Sequence record: SRR2962707_648
DNA: 64,000 nt
Strand: one strand, 5' to 3'
Shown here: positions 28,564 through 38,307 of the stretch, piece after piece
Layout of the letters: each line of letters starts with the position of its first letter
How positions within the stretch are numbered: position 1 is the first letter of the stretch
Notes under the pieces: generated by a model
Told to the model about the DNA's origin: nothing
What the model saw: the letters and a program-made list of their open reading frames with translations, nothing else
Databases searched by the model: none
Made by a program: the position numbers and the translations under genes

Positions 28564-29376
28564 TTACGGTTGCTGAAACTTTGTTTGTCGGCGCATGATC
28601 ACAATCGCCGCGATCACCGCAATGGACACTGCCAGAATCATCAAGGTTGCCAAGGCATTCACCTCAGGGGTTACGCCTAAGCGCACCTTAGAGAAAATAA
28701 CCATCGGCAATGTGCTGTTACCAGGACCCGATACGAAACTTGCGATGACCAGATCATCTAGCGACAAGGTAAAAGACAACAACCAGCCCGAAATAATCGC
28801 AGGGGCAATCAATGGCAAGGTCACCAAGAAGAACAAGGTGCCAGGTTTGGCCCCCAGATCCATTGCCGCCTCTTCTAAGGTTTCATCCATCGACGACAAG
28901 CGCGATTGCACAACCACAGCCACATAAGCGAGGCAGAAGGTCGTGTGAGCAATGATAATGGTAATTTCACCACGCCCAGCAGGCCAACCAAAGAGACTTT
29001 CCATGGCCACAAACAACAGCAACAAGGACAAACCGGTGATAACTTCAGGCATCACCAAAGGAGCGGTTACCCAACCACCTAAAATGGTTTTGCCGCGAAA
29101 CGGCCCCATACGACTTAACACAAAGCCTGCCATGGTCCCTAAAACGGCCGCCAATGTGGCGCTAATAATGGCGATTTTAAAGCTTAGCAGTGCTGCGTCC
29201 ATAATCTGATCATTTTGGAACAAAGAGCTGTACCACTTTAGTGACCAGCCTCCCCACACGGTCACCAGCTTAGATTCATTAAAGCTGTAGATAATTAGAG
29301 ATAATATTGGCGCATACAAAAAGAGAAAGCCAAATAAAGCAGAACCTTTAAGAAACCAAGAACGTCGCTTCATCAC
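28564..29376 (-). CDS. potI: Putrescine ABC permease
   Basis: YSFNESKLVTVWGGWSLKWY, LEEAAMDLGA and SKVRLGVTPEVNA motifs. Confidence 0.9.
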   Translation of the reverse strand: MMKRRSWFLKGSALFGFLFLYAPILSLIIYSFNESKLVTVWGGWSLKWYSSLFQNDQIMDAALLSFKIAIISATLAAVLGTMAGFVLSRMGPFRGKTILGGWVTAPLVMPEVITGLSLLLLFVAMESLFGWPAGRGEITIIIAHTTFCLAYVAVVVQSRLSSMDETLEEAAMDLGAKPGTLFFLVTLPLIAPAIISGWLLSFTLSLDDLVIASFVSGPGNSTLPMVIFSKVRLGVTPEVNALATLMILAVSIAVIAAIVIMRRQTKFQQP

Positions 29377-30344
29377 ACATCCTCCTGCTTGTTACGGCTA
29401 CGCATAAACATAATGGGGCCGACCAATACAATTAACATGACGATCGCGACCGCAGATGCCATCGGCCAATCACGGTTTAAGAAGAACTCGTCCCACAGCA
29501 CTCGACCTATCATCAGAGTATCTGAACCACCTAACAAAGACGGAATAACGAATTCACCGACCGCCGGAATAAACACCAACAAACAGCCTGCAACAATCCC
29601 TGGCATTGCCAAAGGTAAGGTCACAAGAAAGAAGGTTTGATAAGGTTTGGCGCCTAAATCTTCTGAGGCTTCCAACAAGGTCAAATCCATTTTTTCCAAC
29701 GTGGTGTAAAGCGGTAGCACCATAAAAGGAAGGTAGGTGTAGACAATCCCGATGTACACAGCAAAGTCGGTTTGTAGCATGGTTATAGGATGGTCAATCA
29801 ACCCTGTGCTCATCAAAAAGTCATTAATTACACCGTTTTTCTTGAGCAAGCCAATCCAGGCATACACCCGCAATAAGAAAGAAGTCCAAAAAGGCAGAAT
29901 GACCAAAGACAACAACAAAGTACGCATTGTTGGCTGACTACGGGCAATCATGTAGGCAATGGGAAACCCTAAGATCAAGGTGAATACCGTCGACACCGCG
30001 GCAATGCGGATAGAGCTTAAATAAGCGTCTAAGTAAAAGTCATTCTGGAACAAAAACAAATAGTTACTAAATGACGCTTTGATCGAGAGGTAGGCCTCTT
30101 CTGGGTTCCAATCAAACATCGCAGAATAAGGTGGAATCGCAATCGCCGCATCGGACAATGAAATCTTAAACACCACCAAGAAGGGGATGAAGAAGAAAAT
30201 CCCCAACCATAAAGAAGGAATAGTAATCACCGCTCCACGACCAATATTAATGGTTCTCAAGCGGTTCCATAATCGCGATAAACGACTCGCCTTTCCTGGC
30301 GTGACAGGCCTTGGTGTTTGCTGAGGAGAGGCTGGATTATTCAT
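29373..30344 (-). CDS. potH: Putrescine ABC permease
   Basis: LPFWTSFLLRVYAW, GEFVIP and NRDWPMASA motifs. Confidence 0.9.
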   Translation of the reverse strand: MNNPASPQQTPRPVTPGKASRLSRLWNRLRTINIGRGAVITIPSLWLGIFFFIPFLVVFKISLSDAAIAIPPYSAMFDWNPEEAYLSIKASFSNYLFLFQNDFYLDAYLSSIRIAAVSTVFTLILGFPIAYMIARSQPTMRTLLLSLVILPFWTSFLLRVYAWIGLLKKNGVINDFLMSTGLIDHPITMLQTDFAVYIGIVYTYLPFMVLPLYTTLEKMDLTLLEASEDLGAKPYQTFFLVTLPLAMPGIVAGCLLVFIPAVGEFVIPSLLGGSDTLMIGRVLWDEFFLNRDWPMASAVAIVMLIVLVGPIMFMRSRNKQEDV

Positions 30345-31495
30345 GATATTAATACCACGCTGCTGTCAGCATCCCATGATAAATAAACCGTCTCATCCCA
30401 GGTTAATCGGTCGCCCATATCGCGGGCAAAGTTTGGTTGCGTGATACGCACTTCTTTGCCACTGGCCAAACGCACCTTGAAGATAGACTGGCTTCCCATG
30501 TAGGCGATTTCAGCGATCACACCACAAGTAGAGTTTGTTTCCTCAACGGGTTTTTCACGCGATATGCGAATTTTTTCAGGGCGTATTGCCGCGTAAACCG
30601 TTTGATTTGGAGCGCAGCTAATACCATGATCCGCTCGAATCATACTATTTGTGTCTGGACAGTGAATTGTTACGCTGTCTCTTTCGTCACCCATGACGGT
30701 GCCTTCGAACAAGTTTACATTACCAATAAACTCCGCCACAAAACGGCTATTTGGGTATTCATACACTTGATGCGGCTCGTCTATCTGCGTGATGATGCCT
30801 TGATCCATCACACCGATTCGGGTGGCCAATGTCATCGCTTCTTCTTGGTCATGGGTTACCACAACAAAGGTCACACCTAACTCATCTTGGATATTAATCA
30901 ATTCAAACTGAGTTTCTTCTCTGAGTTTTTTATCCAATGCGCCTAATGGCTCATCCAATAGCAACAACTTAGGACGCTTCACCAAGGAACGAGCTAGCGC
31001 AACACGTTGACGCTGGCCGCCAGACAGCATATGCGGCTTACGTTTTGCTAAATGTCCCATTTGCACCATATCAAGCATGTCGGCAACACGTTTTTTCACT
31101 TCACTCGATTTGATGCCTTCACGGCGTAAACCAAACGCCACGTTTGCTTCTACCGATAGGTGCGGAAACAAGGCATAAGATTGAAACATCATATTAACCG
31201 GGCGTTCCCATGGCTGAATGTTTGCCATATCAACACCATCGATCAAAATTCGACCGCTGGTCGGCTGTTCAAAACCCGCCAGCATTCGCAACAAAGTACT
31301 TTTACCGGAACCAGAACCACCTAAAAGACAAAACAGTTCGTTTTTATAAATGTCCAATGACACCGAATTCACGGCGGTAAAATCGCCAAATTGCTTGGTT
31401 AATTGATCAATTTGAACAAAAGGCTGCGCACCTTCTTCACGCCAAGAGGGAACGGCAATGGATTTTGGCTGAGCCAAGGTTGAAGTCGTAGACAT
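30341..31495 (-). CDS. potG: Putrescine ABC ATP-binding protein
   Basis: GGSGSGKST, MMFQSYALFPH, LSGGQRQR motifs; C-terminal TOBE-like region. Confidence 0.9.
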   Translation of the reverse strand: MSTTSTLAQPKSIAVPSWREEGAQPFVQIDQLTKQFGDFTAVNSVSLDIYKNELFCLLGGSGSGKSTLLRMLAGFEQPTSGRILIDGVDMANIQPWERPVNMMFQSYALFPHLSVEANVAFGLRREGIKSSEVKKRVADMLDMVQMGHLAKRKPHMLSGGQRQRVALARSLVKRPKLLLLDEPLGALDKKLREETQFELINIQDELGVTFVVVTHDQEEAMTLATRIGVMDQGIITQIDEPHQVYEYPNSRFVAEFIGNVNLFEGTVMGDERDSVTIHCPDTNSMIRADHGISCAPNQTVYAAIRPEKIRISREKPVEETNSTCGVIAEIAYMGSQSIFKVRLASGKEVRITQPNFARDMGDRLTWDETVYLSWDADSSVVLIS

Positions 31496-31617
31496 ACTCT
31501 ACCCTTTTCTAAATACATCACGGGGGGAAAGACTGAGCGATTCCATATAGAGAACAAAGTCACCCCAGATTAAAGCTGTAGACCCACCAAATCGAGACGA
31601 CTTAGTGGGTCCAGTTT

Positions 31618-32712
31618 CTAGCGGCCTGTCTTAATATTTGACCAAGCTCGAGTTAAAGAACGGTCAAATTTAGGCGTGTGTGCCACTTGAATGAAGAGCT
31701 TATCTTTCACCGCTTGTATTGGATAGATGCCTTTGTTTTCAGAGATTTCTGCATCTAACATAGGCGTTGCTGCCGTGTTCGGTACCGCGTAAAACACATA
31801 GTTGGACAAGGACGCAGCGACATCACCGCGTAGAATGTAGTTGATGTATTGCATTGCCGCTTCAGGATGAGGCGCATCCGCTGGAATGGCCATTAAATCA
31901 AACCACAGCAAGGTCCCTTCTTTAGGAATTGAGAAGCTGATGTTGACCCCTTGTCCTGCTTCTGCAGCACGATCTTTGGCTTGTAAAAGGTCGCCGTTAT
32001 ACCCTAATGCAACACAAATATCGCCATTCGCTAAATCGGAAATGTATTGACTAGAATGGAAGTATTTGTAGTACGGACGCGCCTCTGCAAGTACTTTGGC
32101 GCTGGCTTTTAGGTCACTCATGCTTTCTGAATTTGGGTCTTCGCCAATGTAATTATTAACAATCGACATGACTTCCGCAGGCGAGTCCAACACGGCAATA
32201 CCACAGTCTTGTAATTTGGCCGCCACTTCAGGTTTTAGCAGCATGTCCAAAGAATCTAGTTGGAAATCTTCACCTAGACGCGCTTTCACCATGTCTACGT
32301 TATAACCTATACCGACGGTTCCCCAAGCATAAGGCACGTTGTGCTTATTGCCTTCATCGTGACGGGCTACTTTGCCGGCCAATTGCTGATCGATATTTTT
32401 GTAGTTCGACAACTTACTTTTATCGATTGCTTGATACGCACCAGCCTTCACTTGGCGCTCGAAAAAAGAGTTAGAAGGAAACACCAAGTCATAACCTGAT
32501 GAGCCTGCCATCAATTTTGCTTCTAGTGCTTCGTTACTGTCGTATACATCATAATTCACCTTGATACCGGTCTCTTTCTCAAAATTCGCAACGGTATCTG
32601 GCGAGACGTAATCAGACCAATTATAAATATTCAGGACCTTATCTTCTGCCACAACGCTACCAGAGATAACGGCAGCGCAAACGGCTGATAAGCAAGCATG
32701 ACTAATTTTCAT
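31618..32712 (-). CDS. potF: Putrescine/polyamine-binding periplasmic protein
   Basis: LNIYNWSDY, PYAWGT and FHSSQYISDLANGD motifs; start moved to ATG 32712. Confidence 0.88.
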   Translation of the reverse strand: MKISHACLSAVCAAVISGSVVAEDKVLNIYNWSDYVSPDTVANFEKETGIKVNYDVYDSNEALEAKLMAGSSGYDLVFPSNSFFERQVKAGAYQAIDKSKLSNYKNIDQQLAGKVARHDEGNKHNVPYAWGTVGIGYNVDMVKARLGEDFQLDSLDMLLKPEVAAKLQDCGIAVLDSPAEVMSIVNNYIGEDPNSESMSDLKASAKVLAEARPYYKYFHSSQYISDLANGDICVALGYNGDLLQAKDRAAEAGQGVNISFSIPKEGTLLWFDLMAIPADAPHPEAAMQYINYILRGDVAASLSNYVFYAVPNTAATPMLDAEISENKGIYPIQAVKDKLFIQVAHTPKFDRSLTRAWSNIKTGR

Positions 32713-32866
32713 TCTGTGTTCCCCTTGGATTATAAATCCCGTGATAAATGACATTCTTTTGTGTTTTCTTAATGCCCTCATTGGGGCATTTTTATTGTAT
32801 TGCTTGTTATAATTTTATTGCTTCTAACGGAACTTTCTTGTGATGGTTTCTCGCTCTACTCTTTCG

Positions 32867-34201
32867 CTATAAATAGGCTTCGTACTCAACATCCGAAATA
32901 CGCCCATAAATTCTTTCTTGCTCTTGCGCTTTGACCGCACTGAATACTTTTACGAACGCATCGCCCAAATAATCGCGCATGAAACGGCTTTCTTTGAAAA
33001 CCTCGGTCGCCGCTTCCCAGCGGTTTGGCAATATTGGGAAATCGTCACTGACCGAGTAAGCATCGCCTTCGATTGGTGCTGGCGGCTCAAGCCCTCGCTC
33101 AATACCATCCAATGCACCGCCTAATACCGCAGCCAACACCAAGTAAGGGTTAGCATCAGCGCCTGCTACGCGATGTTCAATACGACGAGCAACCGTTGGG
33201 CTTTCAGGAATACGTACCGCAACAGTACGGTTCTCATAACCCCAGCTTGCAAACGTTGGCGCATGGGCCCCATTTTGAAAACGGCGATAAGAGTTAAGGT
33301 GTGGCGCCAATACCAACATACTGTCAGCCATATTAGCCAACAAGCCAGCCACTGCGTGCTTCAATAAAGGTGTCCCTTCTTCGCCACCATTATCAAAGAC
33401 ATTGACGCCGTCTTTATCGAGCAAGCTAAAGTGAACATGGAAACCATTACCGCTTTTTTGAGCGTATGGTTTCGCCATAAAGGTCGCACCGTATTCATAA
33501 TTGCGCGCTACGCCTTTTACCAAACGCTTAAACATATTGGCATGATCGGCGGCCAGCATGGCGTCGTCTACGTGCTTCATGTTGATTTCAAATTGGCCGG
33601 GGCCTAATTCTGAAATAATGGTGTCAGCAGGAATGCCTTGCACTTCACACGCACTTCGAACATCCGCAAAAAAGTTCGATAAGCCATCCATTTCTTCAAT
33701 TGAATAGCAATCCGTGTCCGTCAATCGACGACCATTGCCTTCTGTCATTAACGGCTCTTCTGGGCGTTGTTTTGCTTCAGATTCGCCATCTAATAGATAA
33801 AACTCTAATTCGGTTGCCACTACTGGGGTATAGCCAAGCGCTTTAAATCGTTCAACAATATTGGCTAAAATTTGGCGTGGATCAGGAAAGAAAGGTGTGC
33901 CGTCTGGGTTGTACATCATGGCAAGAATTTGGTCTCGCGGAGATTCAGACCAAGGAACCGGTATCGGTGTTGGATGAACGGGCAAACAAACGCCATCACT
34001 GTCACCCGTTTCAAACACTAAACCATTTTCTAAAACATCATCGCCCCAGTTATCAAAACCGATAACGGATTGAGGAAGTTTCACACCGTCTTTTAAAACC
34101 CCTTTCAAACCAGACGCCGGAATGCGTTTGCCTCGTAAGTTGCCATTTAAATCGGTAATAAAAAGATCGAATTCTTTATTGCTTGTTCCATGATCCGGCA
34201 T
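32867..34201 (-). CDS. puuA: Gamma-glutamylputrescine synthetase (glutamine synthetase-like, PuuA/PauA type)
   Basis: DLNGNLRGKR, ELEFYL, GPGQFE, ATFMAKP and RIEHRVAGADANPYL motifs; heads the potFGHI run. Confidence 0.8.
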   Translation of the reverse strand: MPDHGTSNKEFDLFITDLNGNLRGKRIPASGLKGVLKDGVKLPQSVIGFDNWGDDVLENGLVFETGDSDGVCLPVHPTPIPVPWSESPRDQILAMMYNPDGTPFFPDPRQILANIVERFKALGYTPVVATELEFYLLDGESEAKQRPEEPLMTEGNGRRLTDTDCYSIEEMDGLSNFFADVRSACEVQGIPADTIISELGPGQFEINMKHVDDAMLAADHANMFKRLVKGVARNYEYGATFMAKPYAQKSGNGFHVHFSLLDKDGVNVFDNGGEEGTPLLKHAVAGLLANMADSMLVLAPHLNSYRRFQNGAHAPTFASWGYENRTVAVRIPESPTVARRIEHRVAGADANPYLVLAAVLGGALDGIERGLEPPAPIEGDAYSVSDDFPILPNRWEAATEVFKESRFMRDYLGDAFVKVFSAVKAQEQERIYGRISDVEYEAYL

Positions 34202-34265
34202 AACCAGTACTCTCGTGATAATTTGTGTTACTTATTGTGTTATTTGCTCTAAAACGTCCAATCTC

Positions 34266-34281
34266 TTTTGTGATCACAAAA
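34266..34281. promoter_or_regulatory. Palindromic operator, probably for the adjacent GntR
   Basis: Perfect palindrome TTTTGTGATCACAAAA; partial copy TTGTGATCAAA at 34353-34363. Confidence 0.75.
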
Positions 34282-34432
34282 GAAATTTATATAATTTTCG
34301 ATAATCTTTGATTTTTCTTTTGAGCCGTATTATCAATATGAGCTAATCCATATTGTGATCAAACAATGACAGCCAGTTTTTTGCAAGAAAAAGGACGCTT
34401 TAACTCTATAATTTTTAGAAAAGGGCATTTAA

Positions 34433-35143
34433 TTGAACAATCCTTCACCTTTAGACATTACCTTAACCGACAGAAAGGACGGTGTAACTATCACCGAGTG
34501 GGTATATGAAGTATTACGCAATGCGGTTATGAGCGGTCAGATCCTGCCCGGAAGAAGCCTTACTATCCGCGAATTGGCTGCAGTACTTAATGTAAGCTCG
34601 ATGCCAATACGAGAGGCATTAAAAAAGCTTGGCACGGAGCGTGCGTTAGAAGTCAGGGAGAATCGCCGTATAATGGTGCCGAAAATGACGGCTATGAAGT
34701 TCAATGAATTGTGTGATACGCGGATTGCACTTGAGTCCCACGCGGCAGTCCGTGCCCTACCTTACATGACGGATACCCTATTAGAAGAGCTGCAAACACT
34801 GGATTTAGCGATTGATCACGCTCGTGCTATGAAAAACGCTGAAGCGACCATTCAGAGCAACCAAGCTTTTCATCGCCGCCTTTACTCTGCTAACCCTCAT
34901 CAGGTAAGCCTGCCATTGATCGAAAGCTTATGGTTACAACTCGGGCCCTTCTTACGCCTTGCCAACAGCCAGCTAGAAGAACACTACATTGTTGATCGCC
35001 ACCAAGAAGCCCTCTTAGCGATAAAAAACAAAGATACCTTAGCGCTGCAACTGGCCATCGCAGCAGACATTAGAGAAGGGATTGCTTTCGCTGGCACTCC
35101 AGAATTATTACATCAATTTATCGAAGCATCCTCTAATTCTTAA
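34433..35143 (+). CDS. GntR/FadR-family regulator (FCD domain)
   Basis: LTIRELAAVLNVSSMPIREAL HTH; NQAFH and HQEALLAI motifs. Confidence 0.9.
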   Translation: MNNPSPLDITLTDRKDGVTITEWVYEVLRNAVMSGQILPGRSLTIRELAAVLNVSSMPIREALKKLGTERALEVRENRRIMVPKMTAMKFNELCDTRIALESHAAVRALPYMTDTLLEELQTLDLAIDHARAMKNAEATIQSNQAFHRRLYSANPHQVSLPLIESLWLQLGPFLRLANSQLEEHYIVDRHQEALLAIKNKDTLALQLAIAADIREGIAFAGTPELLHQFIEASSNS

Positions 35144-35270
35144 AAGTTAAGATCAAACCGAATAAAAACTCAGCTTACTTTTTCAGCTTTTCGGCTAAAA
35201 GACAAAACGCCTTGGTAATTTGAGCCGCTGATTAATTATTGGCGACCGAGGAAAGAAGATGATAAATTGC

Positions 35271-35290
35271 ATTTTTGTGATCACAAAAAT
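35271..35290. promoter_or_regulatory. Second copy of the palindromic operator
   Basis: Perfect 20-bp palindrome ATTTTTGTGATCACAAAAAT upstream of the LuxR gene. Confidence 0.78.
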
Positions 35291-35333
35291 CACTGTGCAA
35301 TTAAAGCCGATGACTAAGATGAGGAAAACGTCC

Positions 35334-36152
35334 ATGGTGGCCAGCAAAGCAAATACTGAGTTAATATCTCCTGAGACGTTTAAAGAACTTGCCATTCTAG
35401 TCAACCACTTACGTGTCCCCAGCTTTCCAAACATGCTCGAAAACTTCCTAAGTGGACTTTGTCATTTTGACACCATTATTATGGTGACTTACAAAAAATC
35501 CTTTAAACCCATTATCCTTCACCCTAAAAACCGCTCAGAACACAGCCCTACACTGAATATGTACATTAATCAGGCGTACATACTCGATCCTTTATTTAAC
35601 AGCATCCAACAAGGCACTACGCCCAATATTAGTCGCTTGGCGGATATGGCGCCTGATTCCTTTGAAGACACTGAGTATTACCAAACCTGCTATAAAAAAT
35701 TTGACCTAGTGGACGAGATAAACCTAACGATTGCACTGGACGACAGCACCACATGCGCCATCTCTTTAGGCCGAAAAAGGCTCATGGGGTCAATCAAACG
35801 TGGCGAAATGATCAAGCTCAAAGCCGTTTACCCTCTTTTAGAAGCCTTAATCAAACAGTTCTGGCTCGCACAGTCTCGCGACTACCTAGAATACGTGCCT
35901 TCCCATGGTCCCATTCAATATGCGTTGAAAACCTTTGCCTGTGGGGTGTTAACCCAAAGGGAGCAGGAAGTACTGGGATTAATCCTTCGTGGCCACTCTT
36001 CCAAAGCCATTGCCGAAACGCTTGGCATTAGTGCGGGAACGGTAAAAGTACACAGAAAAAACATCCATGCGCGCCTCGATACCTCAACACAATCTGAGAT
36101 ATTTACGCTGTTTTTGAATCACTTAGATGAGATGGACAAGGACAGAAGTTAA
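35334..36152 (+). CDS. LuxR-family HTH regulator with an N-terminal sensor domain
   Basis: YILDP and EYYQTCY in the N-domain; LTQREQE...GHSSKAIAETLGISAGTVKVHRKNI HTH; GAGGA RBS. Confidence 0.88.
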   Translation: MVASKANTELISPETFKELAILVNHLRVPSFPNMLENFLSGLCHFDTIIMVTYKKSFKPIILHPKNRSEHSPTLNMYINQAYILDPLFNSIQQGTTPNISRLADMAPDSFEDTEYYQTCYKKFDLVDEINLTIALDDSTTCAISLGRKRLMGSIKRGEMIKLKAVYPLLEALIKQFWLAQSRDYLEYVPSHGPIQYALKTFACGVLTQREQEVLGLILRGHSSKAIAETLGISAGTVKVHRKNIHARLDTSTQSEIFTLFLNHLDEMDKDRS

Positions 36153-36166
36153 GAAGGGAAAGAACA

Positions 36167-36194
36167 ACATTGGTGGCTTACTCGCCACCAATGT
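36167..36194. terminator. Stem-loop between convergent genes
   Basis: ACATTGGTGGC/GCCACCAATGT. Confidence 0.6.
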
Positions 36195-36223
36195 CACTCA
36201 TAGACAAAGCCATCAATACGAAC

Positions 36224-37396
36224 TTATTTCGCCACCGCTTGCTCTTGAGCTTTAAGCAGAGGCTCATAACGCTTATCCGTTAGTGTTTTCATAAAGGCAA
36301 CCAAGGCATCAATCTTACGCTCCGATAAGGCATGCGCCTTTAGATCTTCTTTGTCGACGGTTCCTGGTACTTCAGGAGCACGCCAAGGCTTGCCTGTTTC
36401 TGGGTTAATTGAACGCTTCGGGTTGTTATAATGATCGTAGAATTCCACCACGGTACGCAAATTTTTGAACACACCGTTGTGCATATAAGGCGCCGTTACC
36501 GCCACATTTCGTAACGATGGATTCTTGAATTTACCGTCGTATTTCGGATCTGTGACCGCTGGATTGTCCAACAAACCATGATCAATAAAATCGGCTTTCA
36601 AATGCCCTAACGCCAGCAACGCTGTGTTAGCAGGAACACCAATATTGCGGTATTGATGATTGGTAAAAGGCTCTTTCTCACTGTCTTCTGTTTTCAAGCG
36701 GTGGCAGCTGTTGCAGTTGACATTATTGTTAGAGAAAAAGAGTGTCCGACCTAAATCCTCCAATACCGTAAGCTGATATTCCCCTTTCAGGAATCGATCG
36801 TATTTGCTGTCGTAACTGCTAAAGGCTGCGGTGCTTTCAAACGCTTGCAGCGCCTTACCAAAGGCCGCATACGCAGGGGCAACGGTCCCCTCTTTCAATG
36901 CTTGATTGGCAAACACATTGGCACCATAAAGACGGGTGAAAGTCGCATGATAAAGTGGGTTTTGCTGTAGTTTTTTAACCACCTGCTCTTCATTCGATAA
37001 GCCCATTTCTACTGGATTCAATGGTGGGCCTAATGCTTGATCTGCCAATGAATTGGCCCGCCCATCCCAAAACTGTCCACCAACGTATTCTTTTAGCGCT
37101 TCATCAAAATGGAAATCAGGGGAAGTGCTTGCGTAAGCGGCCATCGGCGTATTGCGCGACCCCAGAGCATGCCCATCGTCGCCCAATGAGACAAAGCCAT
37201 TGGCGCGAGTAAGACGGTGGTCCGTAAAACCTTGATCAGGCGCATGACAGGTTGCACATGACATAGTGCCGTTCACAGAGAAGACAGGATCGAAAAACAG
37301 CACCTGCCCTAATTGTGCTTCAGTGAGACCTTCGCCCGCCACGACTTGGCTACTAATAAGCGATACGGCAACCAGAAAAACAAAATTCTTAATCAT
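36224..37396 (-). CDS. Di-heme cytochrome c peroxidase / MauG-family protein
   Basis: Signal peptide; CATCH and CNSCH heme sites; RNTP, GQFWDGRA, PPLNPVEMG and PSLRNVAVTAPYMHNG motifs. Confidence 0.9.
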   Translation of the reverse strand: MIKNFVFLVAVSLISSQVVAGEGLTEAQLGQVLFFDPVFSVNGTMSCATCHAPDQGFTDHRLTRANGFVSLGDDGHALGSRNTPMAAYASTSPDFHFDEALKEYVGGQFWDGRANSLADQALGPPLNPVEMGLSNEEQVVKKLQQNPLYHATFTRLYGANVFANQALKEGTVAPAYAAFGKALQAFESTAAFSSYDSKYDRFLKGEYQLTVLEDLGRTLFFSNNNVNCNSCHRLKTEDSEKEPFTNHQYRNIGVPANTALLALGHLKADFIDHGLLDNPAVTDPKYDGKFKNPSLRNVAVTAPYMHNGVFKNLRTVVEFYDHYNNPKRSINPETGKPWRAPEVPGTVDKEDLKAHALSERKIDALVAFMKTLTDKRYEPLLKAQEQAVAK

Positions 37397-38307
37397 TTTA
37401 ATGTCCGTCGGATACTTGAATAAATACTAAAAAATGGCTGCATTAAGAGCTTTCGCACACTGTCAAAGTGCCGTCTCTTACCGTCACCCAAACCAAAGCT
37501 ACGATCATCGGGCGCGTCTCTAGACACTTTAAGCGTGCCAAACAAGCCATCCCATATGGCTAGCGCACTGCCAAAGTTATGTCGCATATGGCGCCTTTGA
37601 TGATGAACTTGATGTTGTGCTGGCGAAATCAATACACGCTCTAACCAGCGCCCATAGCCTAAACGAATATGGCTATGGCGTAGGTTTCCTGTAAAAGCAA
37701 ACAAGCTCACAATGAACAAGTTGCCGCCCAACACCGTATACAGATTGACCCGAGCACCGAAACAGAAAATAAACACCCCAGTTACCATGCCAGCAACCAC
37801 CGCATGACGCAGTGCAAAGAGGATATTTTCCAGCGGGTGCAATCGATAAAAAGTCAGTGGGTTCAACGCTTCAGCGCTATGATGAACCTGATGGATTTTC
37901 CATAACCAAGGGTTACTGTGCATCCAGCGGTGCAAGGCATAGCGACTTAAGTCTTCCAGCACAAACAGACTCAAGGTATAAAGCAACACAATGTCTCGGT
38001 AGTACCAAGGCAGAAACAGAGGGTCAGCAACCGCATTCAAGGCACTTAACGTCCATAACGCCACCGTCTGTCCCGACAGTAACACCGGCAAAATCAGCAG
38101 TGTCTTGATCAACCAATTAACCAAGAAATAGCGATAGTCTAATCTCGCATCAAGACTCCACCAATATCGTTTTAGCTGTACCCAAGACAAGGTATTACCC
38201 TGCCTTACGTACCACACCAATGCGATGATGGCGCTGACCAATAAATAGCCCCAAAAGACCCGCTCACTGCCGTTTAAAAAAGCCTCTAACGGTGAACTAA
38301 TCGCCAT
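37393..38307 (-). CDS. Sterol desaturase / fatty-acid hydroxylase superfamily membrane di-iron enzyme
   Basis: His boxes HRWMH, HQVHH, HSH and HQVHH; NFG...IWDGLFGT motif. Confidence 0.88.
   Translation of the reverse strand: MAISSPLEAFLNGSERVFWGYLLVSAIIALVWYVRQGNTLSWVQLKRYWWSLDARLDYRYFLVNWLIKTLLILPVLLSGQTVALWTLSALNAVADPLFLPWYYRDIVLLYTLSLFVLEDLSRYALHRWMHSNPWLWKIHQVHHSAEALNPLTFYRLHPLENILFALRHAVVAGMVTGVFIFCFGARVNLYTVLGGNLFIVSLFAFTGNLRHSHIRLGYGRWLERVLISPAQHQVHHQRRHMRHNFGSALAIWDGLFGTLKVSRDAPDDRSFGLGDGKRRHFDSVRKLLMQPFFSIYSSIRRTLK

Noticed and set aside
32867-34201. Housekeeping glutamine synthetase glnA
   Set aside because: The RGKR motif, the C-terminus and the pot gene context fit a gamma-glutamylpolyamine synthetase.
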